Positions 22,301-35,400 of a stretch of 64,000 nucleotides of DNA are shown here, in pieces. Below the pieces are notes generated by a model, which did no database searches, was not told the DNA's origin, and saw only the letters and a list, made by a program, of their open reading frames with translations. Every line of letters starts with the position of its first letter. Within the stretch, counting starts at the first letter, position 1. Source of the DNA: Marsupella aquatica (taxonomy: Eukaryota > Plantae > Marchantiophyta); contig OZ316895.1 in NCBI GenBank assembly GCA_973895155.1, positions 5,397,181 through 5,461,180 on the forward strand, written 5' to 3'. Position numbers and translations under genes: made by a program.

Positions 22301-23319
22301 AGTCTAGCCTGCACGTGGTTCAGACAATATGATGAGAATGGAATGTACAAACAATAAGCAAAGATTGCAAGAAGTAAAATAAGAAGGTCATACCTCTATT
22401 TGTGCAGCTTCAGTGGTCATGCCCCGACCTTTGTATTCCTGCAGCAAATTGTTAGTGATTGTGGCTATGCTGATAGGCTTTTGCTATGCTTTCCACTCCA
22501 TGTAATCTTGGTATGCAGCTTCAAAGTCGACTTCTTTGGGGCCATGCTTCCACTGCAAAAGTGCTATTTTTTGAGCCAAGTAATTCAAGGCATTCAAAAT
22601 GAGAGCATCTCGAATAGTTTCAAACTGTATCAGCTCAAGAGGTTGCACCTCCACATCCGGCCGGGGGAAATGCATGGCAGAACACCACAATCTAGTTGAA
22701 GTGCCTGCAACTTGCGATCTCTAGGTAGAAGTACCGGCAATTCTTGGATTGAAGCAACCCAGCGACATAGAATAGGAGTAATTGCAGCAGCTGACACAGA
22801 GTCTTGCAACATCTCATACACATTGTCATCCAACAAGGACGACCAACCATTCGGATGCCCTCCACGTATGTACACTTGCTTGATGACATGAATGAGCAAT
22901 GATTTTGCAGGAACAAGCGGCTGATCTGCAGCAACACCATACTTCTTCTTTAGCATTGTCTTCTTCCGCAACTTTTTCTGTCTCCATCAAAGTCGCACAG
23001 TAGATCAAAGCTGGTTCCAAGAGGCCTCATTGTTGTCCTTCCTCACATTTGGCCCATGGCCCTTATGTTTCTTGGCAATCCGAGTGGAGAAGTCAGATTT
23101 TGAATACAACCAAGGTTGGCCCGCCTCCAATAATGCAGGTGGCAACTCCAATTTGTGTGTGACGTCCATGTGGGTTTGGAAACTAGCAAAGGAAGAGAAT
23201 GACCGAGGCTTGTGAGCACCAGCTATGCAGACAAACACATGCTTGCCTTCAGCATCAACACAATGTCGGAAGTGATTCTCTTCCTCTGCTACCTGAATTT
23301 TTCTCATTCGTGGCGCCAT
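19327..23319 (-). pseudogene. MULE accessory gene: zinc-finger-like N-terminus, acidic DHPVQD repeats, many Pro-rich/RGRG mini-exons; disrupted
   Basis: Minus-strand frame MAPRMRK...FVCIAGAHKPRSFSSFASFQTHMDVTH continues through stops and frameshifts to ~22394. A series of GT-AG introns with similar sequences separates Pro-rich exons. The last exon ends PHPSQYAD* at 19327. Confidence 0.6.
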
Positions 23320-24744
23320 GGAAACTGAGCTTGAACCTTGGTTGGGCTCAAAATCAAAACCAACCTCTCCAACCTATGACCTTGACCTTCATCCTGTACT
23401 GCTTTGCACTCGTTAATGGATAGGATTCAACTGCCATATGGAAACAGTCCCTGCACTGTTATCCACGTAATATTGAAACTATAAAGTGCCAGAACCGGAA
23501 GACATGGATGTGATGGTGCTAAGGCTAAGAAATTGCAGAATGCAAGAGACATTCAGGTAATGGTATTCTGCGCATCGACATGATGCAAAAAAATGCAGGA
23601 AACAGTATGTTGGGCTACATTGATGGACAATCCTCCTCTGGAAGAAGCATAGAGGGAGATAGTCTCACCAAAACAAAACAGCCCATCAATGTTTGCAACA
23701 AGAGCACAACAAGAGCGATTATGATGATAGCTGGACCAAACCAAGAAGAGAACAAGTTCAGATATAAGCAAAACTAGAACACACGGATGTCTTGGTATTC
23801 AAACAGGGCAGCAGAACTCATAAGTACTTAGGCAAAAAGAGCTGAAATCATACCTAATGCTTCAACCAAGAAACAAATACAAGCGGGTTCAAGTGGGATG
23901 GAGATTAATCCTTGTCGTGAAGTCCACTTTGCCTAAAGCTCGCAGGCAATTATGCAGCAGAACCGGAGTACATGGATTTCATGGTGACAAAAACACACAA
24001 GAACAAGGAGACTTTGCAAATGATCTGAACTAATCTAATGCAAATCTGAACAATGTAGAAGAACTTACGACGAGAAGGCAAAGATAATGCAGGAGACGTC
24101 ATTCATGTTATGGTATGCATGATTAAACAGTTTCTTGGGCTACATTGGTGGGCGGAATATCCTCCATACCTTATTGAAGAACAGCAAAGGGAGACACTCT
24201 CACCAATCCAAAACCCACCAACAATCTGGCAGGCGCTACAATGTGAAAGAAATCTCGCAGAATGGGGTGAATGAATGCTACTCGATCCTAGCAGTGAGCC
24301 GAGACTCAGACCTCGCGCTCTCCTTTGGCATCGATCAATGAAATGTGCACACAATCAAAGCATGAACCTCCCCAAAATTGCCAGCCGCCAGCAGCAAACA
24401 ACGCCTCACCTCCATGAACCATGAAGACGCAATCCCCTCCGTAAAACAATGAAAAACTATCGATCCCACCCTCGACAAATGACGGTCGCGCTTGACCCTA
24501 AACCGCGCCCCGACAATGTGCGCCCTAAAACAGACATTTTGTTGAAGACATAAACCACGATGTATTCACGCTCACAAGGGACCATAGTGCGAGAACGCAA
24601 AACCACGTAGTTGCGGCCCGACTGCAGCGGAGTCGCATGGTCGACTGCGGGAGGCAACCTTGCGTGGTGGCATGGCTCCCAACTGTGCAGTAAGGCCTTT
24701 ACACGGGGAAACTGCCTTACACGGGGGCAAAGGGTACGGGCCAT

Positions 24745-24832
24745 AATGAGGGGGCTGATTGGGGCAAAAGAGTTTGGAGGGGGCTGATCAAATAAAGTTT
24801 CTCGTGGAGGGGGTCTATTGAGCATATCCCTC
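24745..24832. repeat. Putative MULE right TIR with three GAGGGGG(C/T) motifs
   Basis: GAGGGGGCTGATT, GAGGGGGCTGATC and GAGGGGGTCTATT, then ATATCCCTC; abrupt change to AT-rich sequence afterwards. Confidence 0.55.
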
Positions 24833-26575
24833 TAAAATATTACACAAAACCAAAAGCTTCCAAGCCCAATCCTCATCCACAACTAAAGTATAGTAGGGAT
24901 GGTCAGGTTTGCAAGTGCCCTGCATGAAACCTTAATATTCTGCACAGAGTAAGCGTTTACTTTGAACAAATTTAAACATGGATAAATCAGTGTTTGACTA
25001 CAAATTTTACAGAAAATACTTAAATATGCCTTATAAATATGCCTTGTAAATTGATTCAAGGTCAATCAATGGTCTCAATCACTCTAAAGGGTCTCATTAA
25101 GTAACAATTTTCATTTTGGGGTCCACCAATAAAATCTATCCACTAAACACCAAGTTTCACAAAAAGTACCTAAAATCTTCTCTCATGACTCAGAATTTAG
25201 GACTCAGAGTTTGAATGATTATATACTTAATGTGCGGACCTGATTGTCACTATGGTAGTAGACCCAGCCGTCAGAATCAACACACGCTAACTGGCAAACG
25301 CTTGTACTCAGACTCGACTGTTCTCCAGCTGTCATCAGCGGGCAGAAAGTTAATAAGAGCGTGCGTCCTCCCTCAGGGGAGTTTTCTAGGCCATCGATCC
25401 TCCGCCCATCAATGCCTTTCGGACGAAGATCTGCACGCATTTACATGTAAACGTCGATAGCTGGAGTTCCAATAAAGAGCACCGTGAGTTCTGACGGCGC
25501 CAAAGCTGACAAGCTTACTGTCCATTCGAATCGATAAACAATTGCCCTGTGAATCAGAATTCAGAAACGACTCGAAAATTGAGGAGCAGAGGACACGGTA
25601 GTTCGTTCTTTGCACACTTTTGCATGAGCCCCGACCATGATCTCGCTCTCGTCTCGTGACTTGCGGCGACCAACGACCGATCCCCTGTTTCCTCTCCTCC
25701 GTCGTCCCTCCACGGCTCCTCCCCTTCCTCCTCCACCTGTCGTCTGGACGAAGAAAACACATGGTATGCAAAGCTACGCACAAGCAGATCGATACACACT
25801 GCAGTGCGCTCCCATTTGAGCAAAGCTCCGCAAAGCCCGATGACTGCTGGATGTCCTTCATCAGTCTATTCAATTTCAGCAAACCCCAAAGCAACGGCAA
25901 AAAGGCTGTAGAGTGGGGAGTGGAGGCGTCTTTAGCGCGGCGCCTGTGATGACTGGATGAGGGTAAAAAGTTCAGCTACTGTACACAGCGAACGGGGAGA
26001 GTGGGAGACGCTTTGAAACTTCAAAAAGGCAACCGCGCGCATCTGAAAATGCGAGGGAAACAGCGGGCGCTCTAGTATGTTCTCGTATCGAGAGGCGCCG
26101 CTGGCGTTGGAACGAAGGAAGGGGCCGCGGGATAAGAGTTCTCTTGCACGCTGTCTTCGGGGCTGTTCTAGTACGGCGAGGCCGCGGGAGTCACCCTAGT
26201 GTACTATCCTACTTTGCGATGAGTTCAGTGACCTATCGTAGGTTAACGAAGTGTGGTACACACTAGGGTGGTACCCTATCGAGATTGAAGGCGGACGGAG
26301 GCGTATATAGGTCTGGAGAGGACGTTGCGCGGGAGCGTCGTGGGCGTGATACCGGCAGTTCGAAAGACCGGGAGCGGGGTTACGGGTGGAGGGTCGGGAG
26401 GCTTGGAAAGGGAGGTTCGGGGGAGGTGTGGGTGGGACTAGTGAGCAGCAGCCGCAGCTGGCCGGTAGGGGGGAGGCGCGGGGGCGAGCAGTTCTGCGCG
26501 TCTTGTCTTGGCGCCTTGATTTCCTGCCGCTGTCCCGTCGGGTTGTGTTGCGCACCTCCTCTCTGCCGCGCCCTC

Positions 26576-26788
26576 CACTGCACTGCTCTGCTCTGCTCTG
26601 CGCTGCTCTGTGCTGCTCTGTGCTCTCTCTTTTCTTCGTACTCGCACTCGTTCCAGGTCAAGCCGAGAGCCAGAGCTTCTTTGGAGATTACATTGCCGCC
26701 ATCGCTTCTTCTACCGCGATCCAATGGGGGTGGGTGAATGAATCTAGTTGCAAAGTACGAGAGAGAAGAAGAAGAAGAAGAAGAAGAA
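26576..26788. repeat. Microsatellites (CTCTG)n-like at 26576-26620 and (GAA)8 at 26765-26788, in a CpG-rich promoter/5' leader
   Basis: Read directly from the sequence. Confidence 0.85.
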
Positions 26789-29433
26789 GGAAGAGGAATG
26801 AACTAACATCGTCAGATTCGGCGATAAGCTGTTTTCACGATTCTCGAATCCTCCCCAGCTAGGAGCTCACGCTAGATTCTCAAAATCTGCGTGATTTTGT
26901 AATAAGGATCTGGAAGTATAGGGTCGAGCAGAGGTGTCGGGAGATTCGTCGGTAGCATTTCACTCCATTCTAGCATTTTTACCGAGATTTTTGGTGGTAC
27001 TTTGCGAGTTTTCATATCCTTTTTAGGATTTTTCACAGCCAAGATTGTCGGTTTCTTCTGCGTTACACTTTACTCTGCCGGGGGTTGCAGAATCCTACGT
27101 GATTTTCCTACATAGGGTTGTTTGATGCGATCGCCTCCCCTATTTTTTCTGGTTTTTCGCAGCGGTAGTAGCTTGAATCTTCGTTCGCGACCTCCGTCAC
27201 TCAGATTCCACCCTCTTACTCTCCTGCGTCGCGGTGTTTTGATCCTCGTTTCCTGCCGTGCTGAGCTTGGTCTTAACATCCTGTACAGTCTAGATCTTTA
27301 CTGTTGTTTTTGATCCTCTAACAATCAGCTCCGGTAATCCAGCTTTGCCGATCTGTACCATAAATTGTGCTCCGATTGCACGGTTCTTAGTATCTTCCCA
27401 TTGTACAGTTCAGAATGGCCTGACAGATGTTAGAGGCTATCATTTATGTATCTGGAACTTCTGATAGGTGGGACAGCCAATTTTCCCTACGAGTTGAGCC
27501 GCGCACCGTCGATACTTAGTGATCAGCTCCCTGTAAGTCCCAATTCGTACGGTTGCGAGCCATCGGTGGTGACAGATCCTAGTTTGTACCTCTTCAGACG
27601 AAATTGTTTGAGGTTGAAGCTTCGTCGAGAAGCTCGCTGAGTTTATCTGCTGCCGAGGGCTACCAATCTCTCAGGCCTTTCGTCGCCGTTGAAGGTCCCA
27701 AAAATATCAGATGGTGATACTATCTCCTTCAACCTAGCTGCTGATTTCATCATCTTTGTAAATTTTATTGAGTCAGGATGTTCACTTTTTGACGTAAGCG
27801 ATGATCTTTTAATATTTCAGGGAGCTTGATGTGACACTCTTCTTTTTGAGCAGGTCTTGGAGAGAGCACCTCGTTTTGCAAATTTCTGGGAAGGAGATTT
27901 GTGCCGCGAGCTTCTATTCTTGAGCACCGTGGTAAGCAGTCTCCCTTGGTGAAGGATTCTTCATGCCATTTTCTCTGTGGTTTACTCACAGTCCGGTCAG
28001 TTGTGGAAGTCGAATTTTGTGACAGCCATTCTTGTTATTAGAGGAATTCTCTTGAAAATGGGACAAAGGAAATGTGCTCTCGAGTCGTCTAGTCTGTCCG
28101 GGGACAGACTGACTGATCATCATTCCTCCGCGTGTCAAATGATGTTGGTGATAGAAGATGAACCGTTGCTATCAACCCTAATTCCCCTCCTGAGGCTTTT
28201 AAGCTAGGATATTTCTTGCCAGTTTTCTTTAGGCTGAACTGTCCCCGAAATGAGTTTCAGTAGGATAGCGCAGTATGTACTCCCTGCCGGCTCCTTGAGG
28301 GCCGCATCTTCAGATCTCCCGGAGGTATCTAGTTGCGTGTTCACAGTGCCGATGACCTACAAGGACGATAGTCGTTTCGGATGGTCTGCTGGGTGAAGGA
28401 TTGCCAAATAACCGACACTCCGACGTTCTTCTTGATTCCCGTAGATGAGCCGTCTGTTGGACAGCAGTGACTCCTGCCTTTCGGAGGTTTCTTGGTTTGC
28501 GCTTGGCCCAAGAAGATTTAATTAGTTTGAATATTAAAAGGTCCTTGAGCTTAACAGGACTTTTCTCGTCTAGCTTCTGATTCAGACGCCGCAGTAAGCA
28601 GGATCTATATACGGATTCTTAGCGGAAACTTCTGCATGGTACATTTGTCTAAGGATTGTAGGTCTCCAAGCAGCCACTGATGTACTACGCAGATCCGTGT
28701 TCCCATGATTCACCTTGTCGGGGGAGAATTTAGGGAGAGTAGGTAGGTACTCATTGAATTTTAGTAGCCCTCATCGAAGCCGCCCCGTTGAAGTGTTAAG
28801 ACAGTTATTCCCGGTTGTTTTCTTCGTTCCTCTCCTTACCTTCTCTCTCAACTCCTACTGTCTGCAAGTTATGATTTGTTGTTCCGTTCGTGTGTGCCAT
28901 TCCCATTCTGCTTCATGAAATTCAGCCAATACGCCCGATATTTGCTTGTTGGATTGACGGTTTACTGGCGTTCGCTTGTTTTGCGATCGCAGCAGAAAAA
29001 CTATTAAGGCATCCAATGAAATTCGATGACGAACACATTTGCATCCTGTATCAGAGTGAACTTAGACTTCGAAAATTTAAGTATGCTGCTTCATAATACA
29101 CCGCAAGTATTTTTGCCCATTGATACTGTTTTTTCAGGATACGTGGACGACAAGTCCTACATCTCCTTGTTTGGGATTCGGGAGCGCATGACGTCATTGT
29201 TGGCATAGTGTGACCTCTTAGTGGCTTCATTCGATGACCTGTCGAGGAAGGCCAATATATCTGATATTTTCAGCGAGTCAGTCTGACATATCTGGAATTG
29301 ACACCTCTTGATAGAGGTCTAGATATCTCAAGAAATGCTCTCGGCTGTTCTTTGAACTCTGCGGATAATCGCTGTAAACCACTTCATCGGAAGTATAGAT
29401 TTATTTTATCGTTGATGTTTATAGTCCTTGGGC

Positions 29434-32400
29434 ATGACAAACTCTTTGACTCATCAAGGAGAAGCTGCCTCATATTGCCCCCGTAGTGCATCAATTTCGG
29501 TTTGTCCGCGAAGACCAGGAATTGATGCTTTAGAGAGCGATTCGAATGTTGAGGCCGAAAGCAAGCGAAATAATGAAGTTCTGTCTCTCACTTTATCGGG
29601 CCTCTCTGAGCTCATAACTCCGACAGCACAGCCAGTCACCTTGGAGCCAGACTCTGATGAAATTTCAGATGAACGCACTTATCCAGCTGTTTCTCTTACA
29701 TCGACAAGCATTGTTCCTGCGAGTACTGAAAGTCACTCGGGAGCATGTACCTATGCAGAGGACTTTGGGCCTTGCAAGAAAACTTTGCATGATCAAAATA
29801 CGGTTAATGATACAAAGAAGGGTAACCTTGCTGCTGAGGTGAATGTGGACAGTAGTAACAGCGCAGCACTCGCAGGATTTTTATCTGCATCAAATGGCAC
29901 TTCATGGTCATGGCATGAGGTCCCTGATGCAGTCGACAGTGAGGCTGGTCCTGAGCTTTATAGTACTAGCAACCCTGCCCTGGTCTCCACCTGTGGAAGC
30001 CTATCGTCAACACGGGTTACTGATGATCTCATTGATGAGAGTACTGAGGAAGTTGCTTGCCGCAATGTTTCTGAAAGCAACTGCCAGCAGGACTCGTGCT
30101 CAGTTGTCGTACAACATTCAGCTGGCCTTCTGGGAGGTAACGTTGGTCTGGTCTCTCTTGCCGACCGCGCGAGTGCTCCTTTGAAGCCTGATGTCTCCGC
30201 TGCTTGTGAAAGAGGTGACCTAGTTTCAGCTATCCAAGTAGCCTCTCAGAGAATCCAAACTACATCTGAATCGAGTGGTTCAAGCAGGTAAGTAGCTAGA
30301 TCTAGTAATTAATGAAGGAACATTGTATTCATGTGTTTGTACATGTCCAGTTAGTTATTAGCTTATGAGCGAACGATACTCTCTATATCAACCTATAATA
30401 TCCAACATGATCCAGCTTCTAATCGATTATCTGTCAATTTGATCATTGTTCTAGCTGGCCTCGAATACGTTATGAAAACATAATTAACATACTTCCGCTT
30501 CTGTCTTATCTATCATACGAAGTTCTTTCCATAATGAGTACCTCAATGTGTTTTGCAGTTCTCATGCAAGTATTATGCATTCTGATGATGAGAATGTCAA
30601 AGAGTGTCGTAAAGGTACTTGTGAGGTGGTCTTCAGGGACCTGGAAGCAGGGCTTCCCATTCACGTTACTTCTTCTGTGGATGAAGGGATGCATGCTGTG
30701 GACTTGGCCGAAGATCACAAGTGCTCAAGCCTTGTAGAACCCACGAAAGAGGCTGTGCCTGTGGAGGCTTATGATCATGATGCTGCTTCTTGTGCTATGA
30801 AGGATTTGGTTGACTCTGAGCTTAGGGACTCTCTTCGTGCTCATGTTCAAACTGATAATACTAAGTCTTCACAGGATAAGGACTTGTTACTGGGTGGAGA
30901 GAACAAGCTGGGTGGTGATACTCTCGAGAAAGAGGTCGAGGTTCATGGCCTCAGGAAGCGACGTGGTGCCAAGGCGGAAGCGATAAGACCGTCCATTGGT
31001 GGTGATTCGGGATTGGGGAAGATGCCAGATGAACACAAGAAAGGAGTACCGACTACTCGTCCAAAAGATGCCTCGACCGACGTCAGCCAAGAGGCAAAAC
31101 TGAAACCAGTGGAAAAGAAAACCGGGAAACAGGGAAAGAGTGCCGGGAAGCCATCAGCTGTTAGGAAAGTGGCTGAGCCCCAACCTTTGGAAGAATCGCG
31201 TGCCAAGGAAGAAGCAGAGGCTAACAGGAAAGTACACGAGTCTCTTGACAATTTCATAAGGCAAACTATTAGATGCGAGCCGTACATGAACTTCACTAGT
31301 AGACCCGGGGATAAGCCTTTGCAGCGGCTTCGACCTGATGTATTTGAGAACCATGTCGCTGGGAAGTTTGCACGAGGATTCAAAGTTGATAATGGATCTG
31401 ATCCTAGGGACATTGCTACAGAAGAAAACCGTGGCATGGACACCACCTCTAATGACGTAGATGGGTTGAAGGATGGAAGTACTGGGTCTGCCAAAGGAAT
31501 TTCTGGACTCCGAACGGGTGCACAGCACTCTCTGAAGGTTCCCCCTGGAGTTGTCGCTTTCACTCAATCTACCAGTAAAGGCAGTGGTGAGTCATTGAAG
31601 ACGACCTGAGTCCGTCCAGAGAGTATACTGGATCCGTTTGCGATTGAAGGGAGTACTCAGTGTAGTAGATTGGTGATACGATTTGTAAAGTACTAAGACA
31701 TGCTAAAACATTTTGCCGATCCTTGGGAACCTTCAAAACTAGTGAATTTTGTCGGTATGTGCATTTCTGATTCTGTTCTTTTACAGATTTGCAAGGGTGG
31801 CTGTCACCTTCGAAAACCAAATGTGAAAAATGTGCAAGGGAGTTCTGTTCCACCCTCAACTATCGAAGGCATGTACGCGTACACCGGCGATCTCTGAACC
31901 CTGAAAAGGTTCGTTGAGCCTCCGAAGTCAATCTTTTATATGGGCTGTATTGACACACAGATGATTTAACCTGTTTGTGCTGCTGTGACATTTTATATAC
32001 TCTCAAAGAAATGGGACTTCACCCTGCTAACGTGTTTGTTTTGTACAGGAGGATCTGAGCAAGGAGAGGTCAAAGGTGGCCGCATTCTGGGATAAGGTAT
32101 TCTTAATGCCCGTATGCCAAAGCTTTTTTTTGGTTTCTTTTACCAATTTGTTGTAAATGGTCCCAAATAGTTCAGGTCTGAATGCCCTTTCCTTCTCCCT
32201 TGACCATTTTGCTGTCACCATGCAACTTTTGCAACCTGTCAGATGTCAAGGCAAGCTGAATCATGGTCTCTCCTGTTGCATGTGCAGCTGACTCCGGAGG
32301 AGGCTGGCAGCATTTTACACTGTGATAATATGGAGATCGAGGTACGCCCAATTTTCCTTCCGGGCTTTTTCGACTGTTTCTTTTGTGAAGGAACTCCAGC

Positions 32401-35400
32401 TCTGTAGTGAGATGTCTAGTGTTAGACAATGTGACAAATCTCAATAGGTTTCTATTCTGTCTCACTGCGTTGAATTAATAAAGGAGTCATGCTGCTGGAC
32501 GCCTTTGGTGCACTCTTTGGTCAGTTTATTTGAATGATTGCTTAAATGTCATCCTGAGAGATGAGGTGTATTTCTGGCAGGATTTATCTGGAGACGCTGC
32601 TCTCGATGCTCTCAAAGCCTTTATTCATCAACCTGGCCTGCCATCCTTGCCACAAGGGATTCTCAAGGCTGGGTCGCTACTTCTTGTAAGTGACGACAAA
32701 TGGGGGGACTGACAAACTTAACATGTTTCTCCTGAAATGTAGCAGCTCACTACCTGACCCACTGACGGGGATGTCAAAAGACGAGAAAAATCAAGTAACT
32801 GGGATTTGTAGGGAGTAGTTTAAGCGTATTCATTTATTGTTGAGGTCTAGTATGATAATCATTGATCAAGCTACAAAGATGTCTCTTTCAATCAAGATTT
32901 CTTACACGGTTGCTGGACAACTCAAATGTTTCTTTTTTATCGGCCACGGCTGAGTTGTGGTTTTTTCTGTACGTTCAGGAAATGTTTTTATTGTATGAGA
33001 TTAGATGTAGCGGCGTCAGTTAACTCCTCCACTTTCTCTCACCTTCAGAACAGCCATCGTACCGTCGTTTCACTTCCCCGCAATTCTGTAAATCTGATAC
33101 GGACAATCCTGTTCTTCTCTTTAATCGTTCAACTGGCATTGTCCGGAATGTAGCAGTCAGTGTCCCTTACTGTTCTCTTAGCGCTAAACCGCTGCACATT
33201 TTGAGTGGGTATGGGGCGTTCACAGATAAATTTGAGACCTAGCTATTGGAACTTTGTGGTAAGGAAGGAACTCTTCTGTAAGCAATTCGAGATTGATGAT
33301 CTGTTCACGTTATCGATATTGAAGGATATTGTGCGGGGTTGCGTTCCCCTGTCCTCGGAACGACTACTTGCCATTTTGGATGACGCTAGCGAGAAGACAT
33401 TCTTATGTGGAGGAACATCTATCGCGGCACAACGGTTCATTTTCAATGGCGAGGCTGGAAAGGTCGGGCTGGAGGAACGAAATCTAGTGGCTACCATGGG
33501 CTTTCATATTGAGCTGAATTTGGTACTACTTCTCTCATTAAAAATAGCACATGTCCTGTTAAAACGAAGAATTCATGTATATTAATTTCAAAAGTATTAT
33601 GTTTTATCGTGTAAAAATCTAAGTTAATTGAATCCACTCTCCTGTCAAGTCAGAGTGACGACTTTGTCTCGTGTCAGTTGGGCTTGCAATCTCACGACAA
33701 TTGATGGCAATGGATATCAGGTGAAGGCATGGATGTCTGATAAGGAAGCTGAAGCACTACGGTGCCAACAAGCACTGTTCAAAGAAGAAGAAGCTGCACA
33801 GCAAAAGTAAATTCCCTAGACTCGGCTGTTTGTGCTTCGAGACTCCATTCCATTTTGACCAGCTGTTTCGTTTGGGTCTGTGGTGGTTCTAACGTGCCAC
33901 TTTCTCTCTTTTCAGGCGTCAAAAGCTTCTGGAAAAGAAGAGAATGAAAAAGATCAGACAAAAGGAACGGAAAGGTAGTACTTCACAGCTGATTCTGCAA
34001 GAATTGGACAACGAGTCCGTCGATGATGAGGGAAATGTTCGAGGGATAGGTGAGGAAGATGACTCTCCCACAGGAACAGGGTCAAGTTCTTCTTCATTGG
34101 TGTCTGCCCAGGACTTAGCCCTTCCAGAGTCAGCTGAACTGGATGAAGCGGATGCCCTCACACACAATGATGTCATAGATGAAAGTGAGCTGCTTTTGGG
34201 AAACAAATCAGACACGGGGAAAAACATGTCAAGTGATGATGACTATCTGCATCGTTCTCGAGATGGGCTTTCACAGTATGGGCGCGAAAGGCAACAAGTT
34301 GGTACTCACCGGGGGGAAATTGAATCGCTGTATAGAGAGGAAGATTCCTCTGCCCGAGATCCTTTCATTGAAGTGGGAGCAATGTCTCAATCGAGACCTG
34401 CTGATCAGGTGGACTGGGATGGTGATTTTGATTCTAGGCTATCTCACTCTTACCCCCAAGGTAGGAGAACAGGAGAAGCGCAATTTAGTCCGTATTATCG
34501 CAAAGGGGAACAGGACAGGACTGGGTCGGACTTCAAGAGGCGCGAATTTGAAAGAGCTGTACAGGAGCGGAAGCCCTTCAGAATCACAAGGGACAGGTCT
34601 CGGAACGATTACTCTGAGCAGAAGCCTCTGAGGGATTCAAGGGGCTATGATGGACGATTTGGGGATAACCATCCGACATCTTTCAAGCCTCCTAGAAAGC
34701 CCAACGCATACTTTGTGAAGGCTGACCCCGGCAATTTAGATGTGTCCAATATTTCCAGGTTGCAACAGTATCGCAGCAAGCCTCCCGGGATGAGTAGGGC
34801 TTCATCCACCTCTGGAAATGCGCAAGTTGTTTGGACTAGAAAGGTTCCACAACCTGCTGCTGTTGAAGTGACCAAAGAGACACAGGACGAGACTGTTCGC
34901 GATGATGGAGAAAGCAGCAAAGGTGATGGCTGGGCAGCGGGCGAGGCGCTGCAAGAGGGAGTGTTGAATGTGCCTGACGTTGCAGACGGTAATGTCGCAA
35001 CCAAAGGAGACAAGGGAAGGATGGAGAAAAGAGATGATGCAGCTACTCCGGTTCCTCTGGACGTGAGCACTGGAAATGTAATCACCATACCTACAAGTTC
35101 TTCTTCCCTGTCATTTCATATAGATGTTAGTTCTCAAGATTGGCCTCGGTTGCCTCGGAGGTTTGGTTCGAACTGCAGCTGCGGCTCATCTTTGCTGACC
35201 AAGTCAGCCAGGTTTCACACCTGTGCTTCCATTCTCATGGAGGAACATATTGCGTCTTTGTCCCAGCTAACTGAGGCTGGCTCAAGGACTGTAGTTTGTT
35301 CATGTTTTAATGGTTCGTCTAACCTTTCATCTGTACGATTGCAGGATAGCAGGTTAACACGACCGAGCGATGATTTGCTCTCTGCCGAGGAGATGCCAGA

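Larger units (their letters stand above)
15281..24832 (+). mobile_element. Mutator-like element (MULE), 3' part with accessory genes
   Basis: SWIM + zinc-knuckle transposase at the left. A GC-rich TIR-like end ...GAGGGGGTCTATTGAGCATATCCCTC at 24832 is followed by AT-rich TAAAATATT (a candidate 9-bp TSD). The matching left end lies outside the window, so the extent is inferred. Confidence 0.6.

Noticed and set aside
26216-26251. Hammerhead-like GCGATGAG...CGAAG inside the promoter stem-loop
   Set aside because: Three deviations from the invariant CUGANGA/GAAA core.
25215-27640. Cluster of overlapping short ORFs on both strands
   Set aside because: GC-rich promoter/leader with microsatellites; no recognisable domains or consistent splice model.
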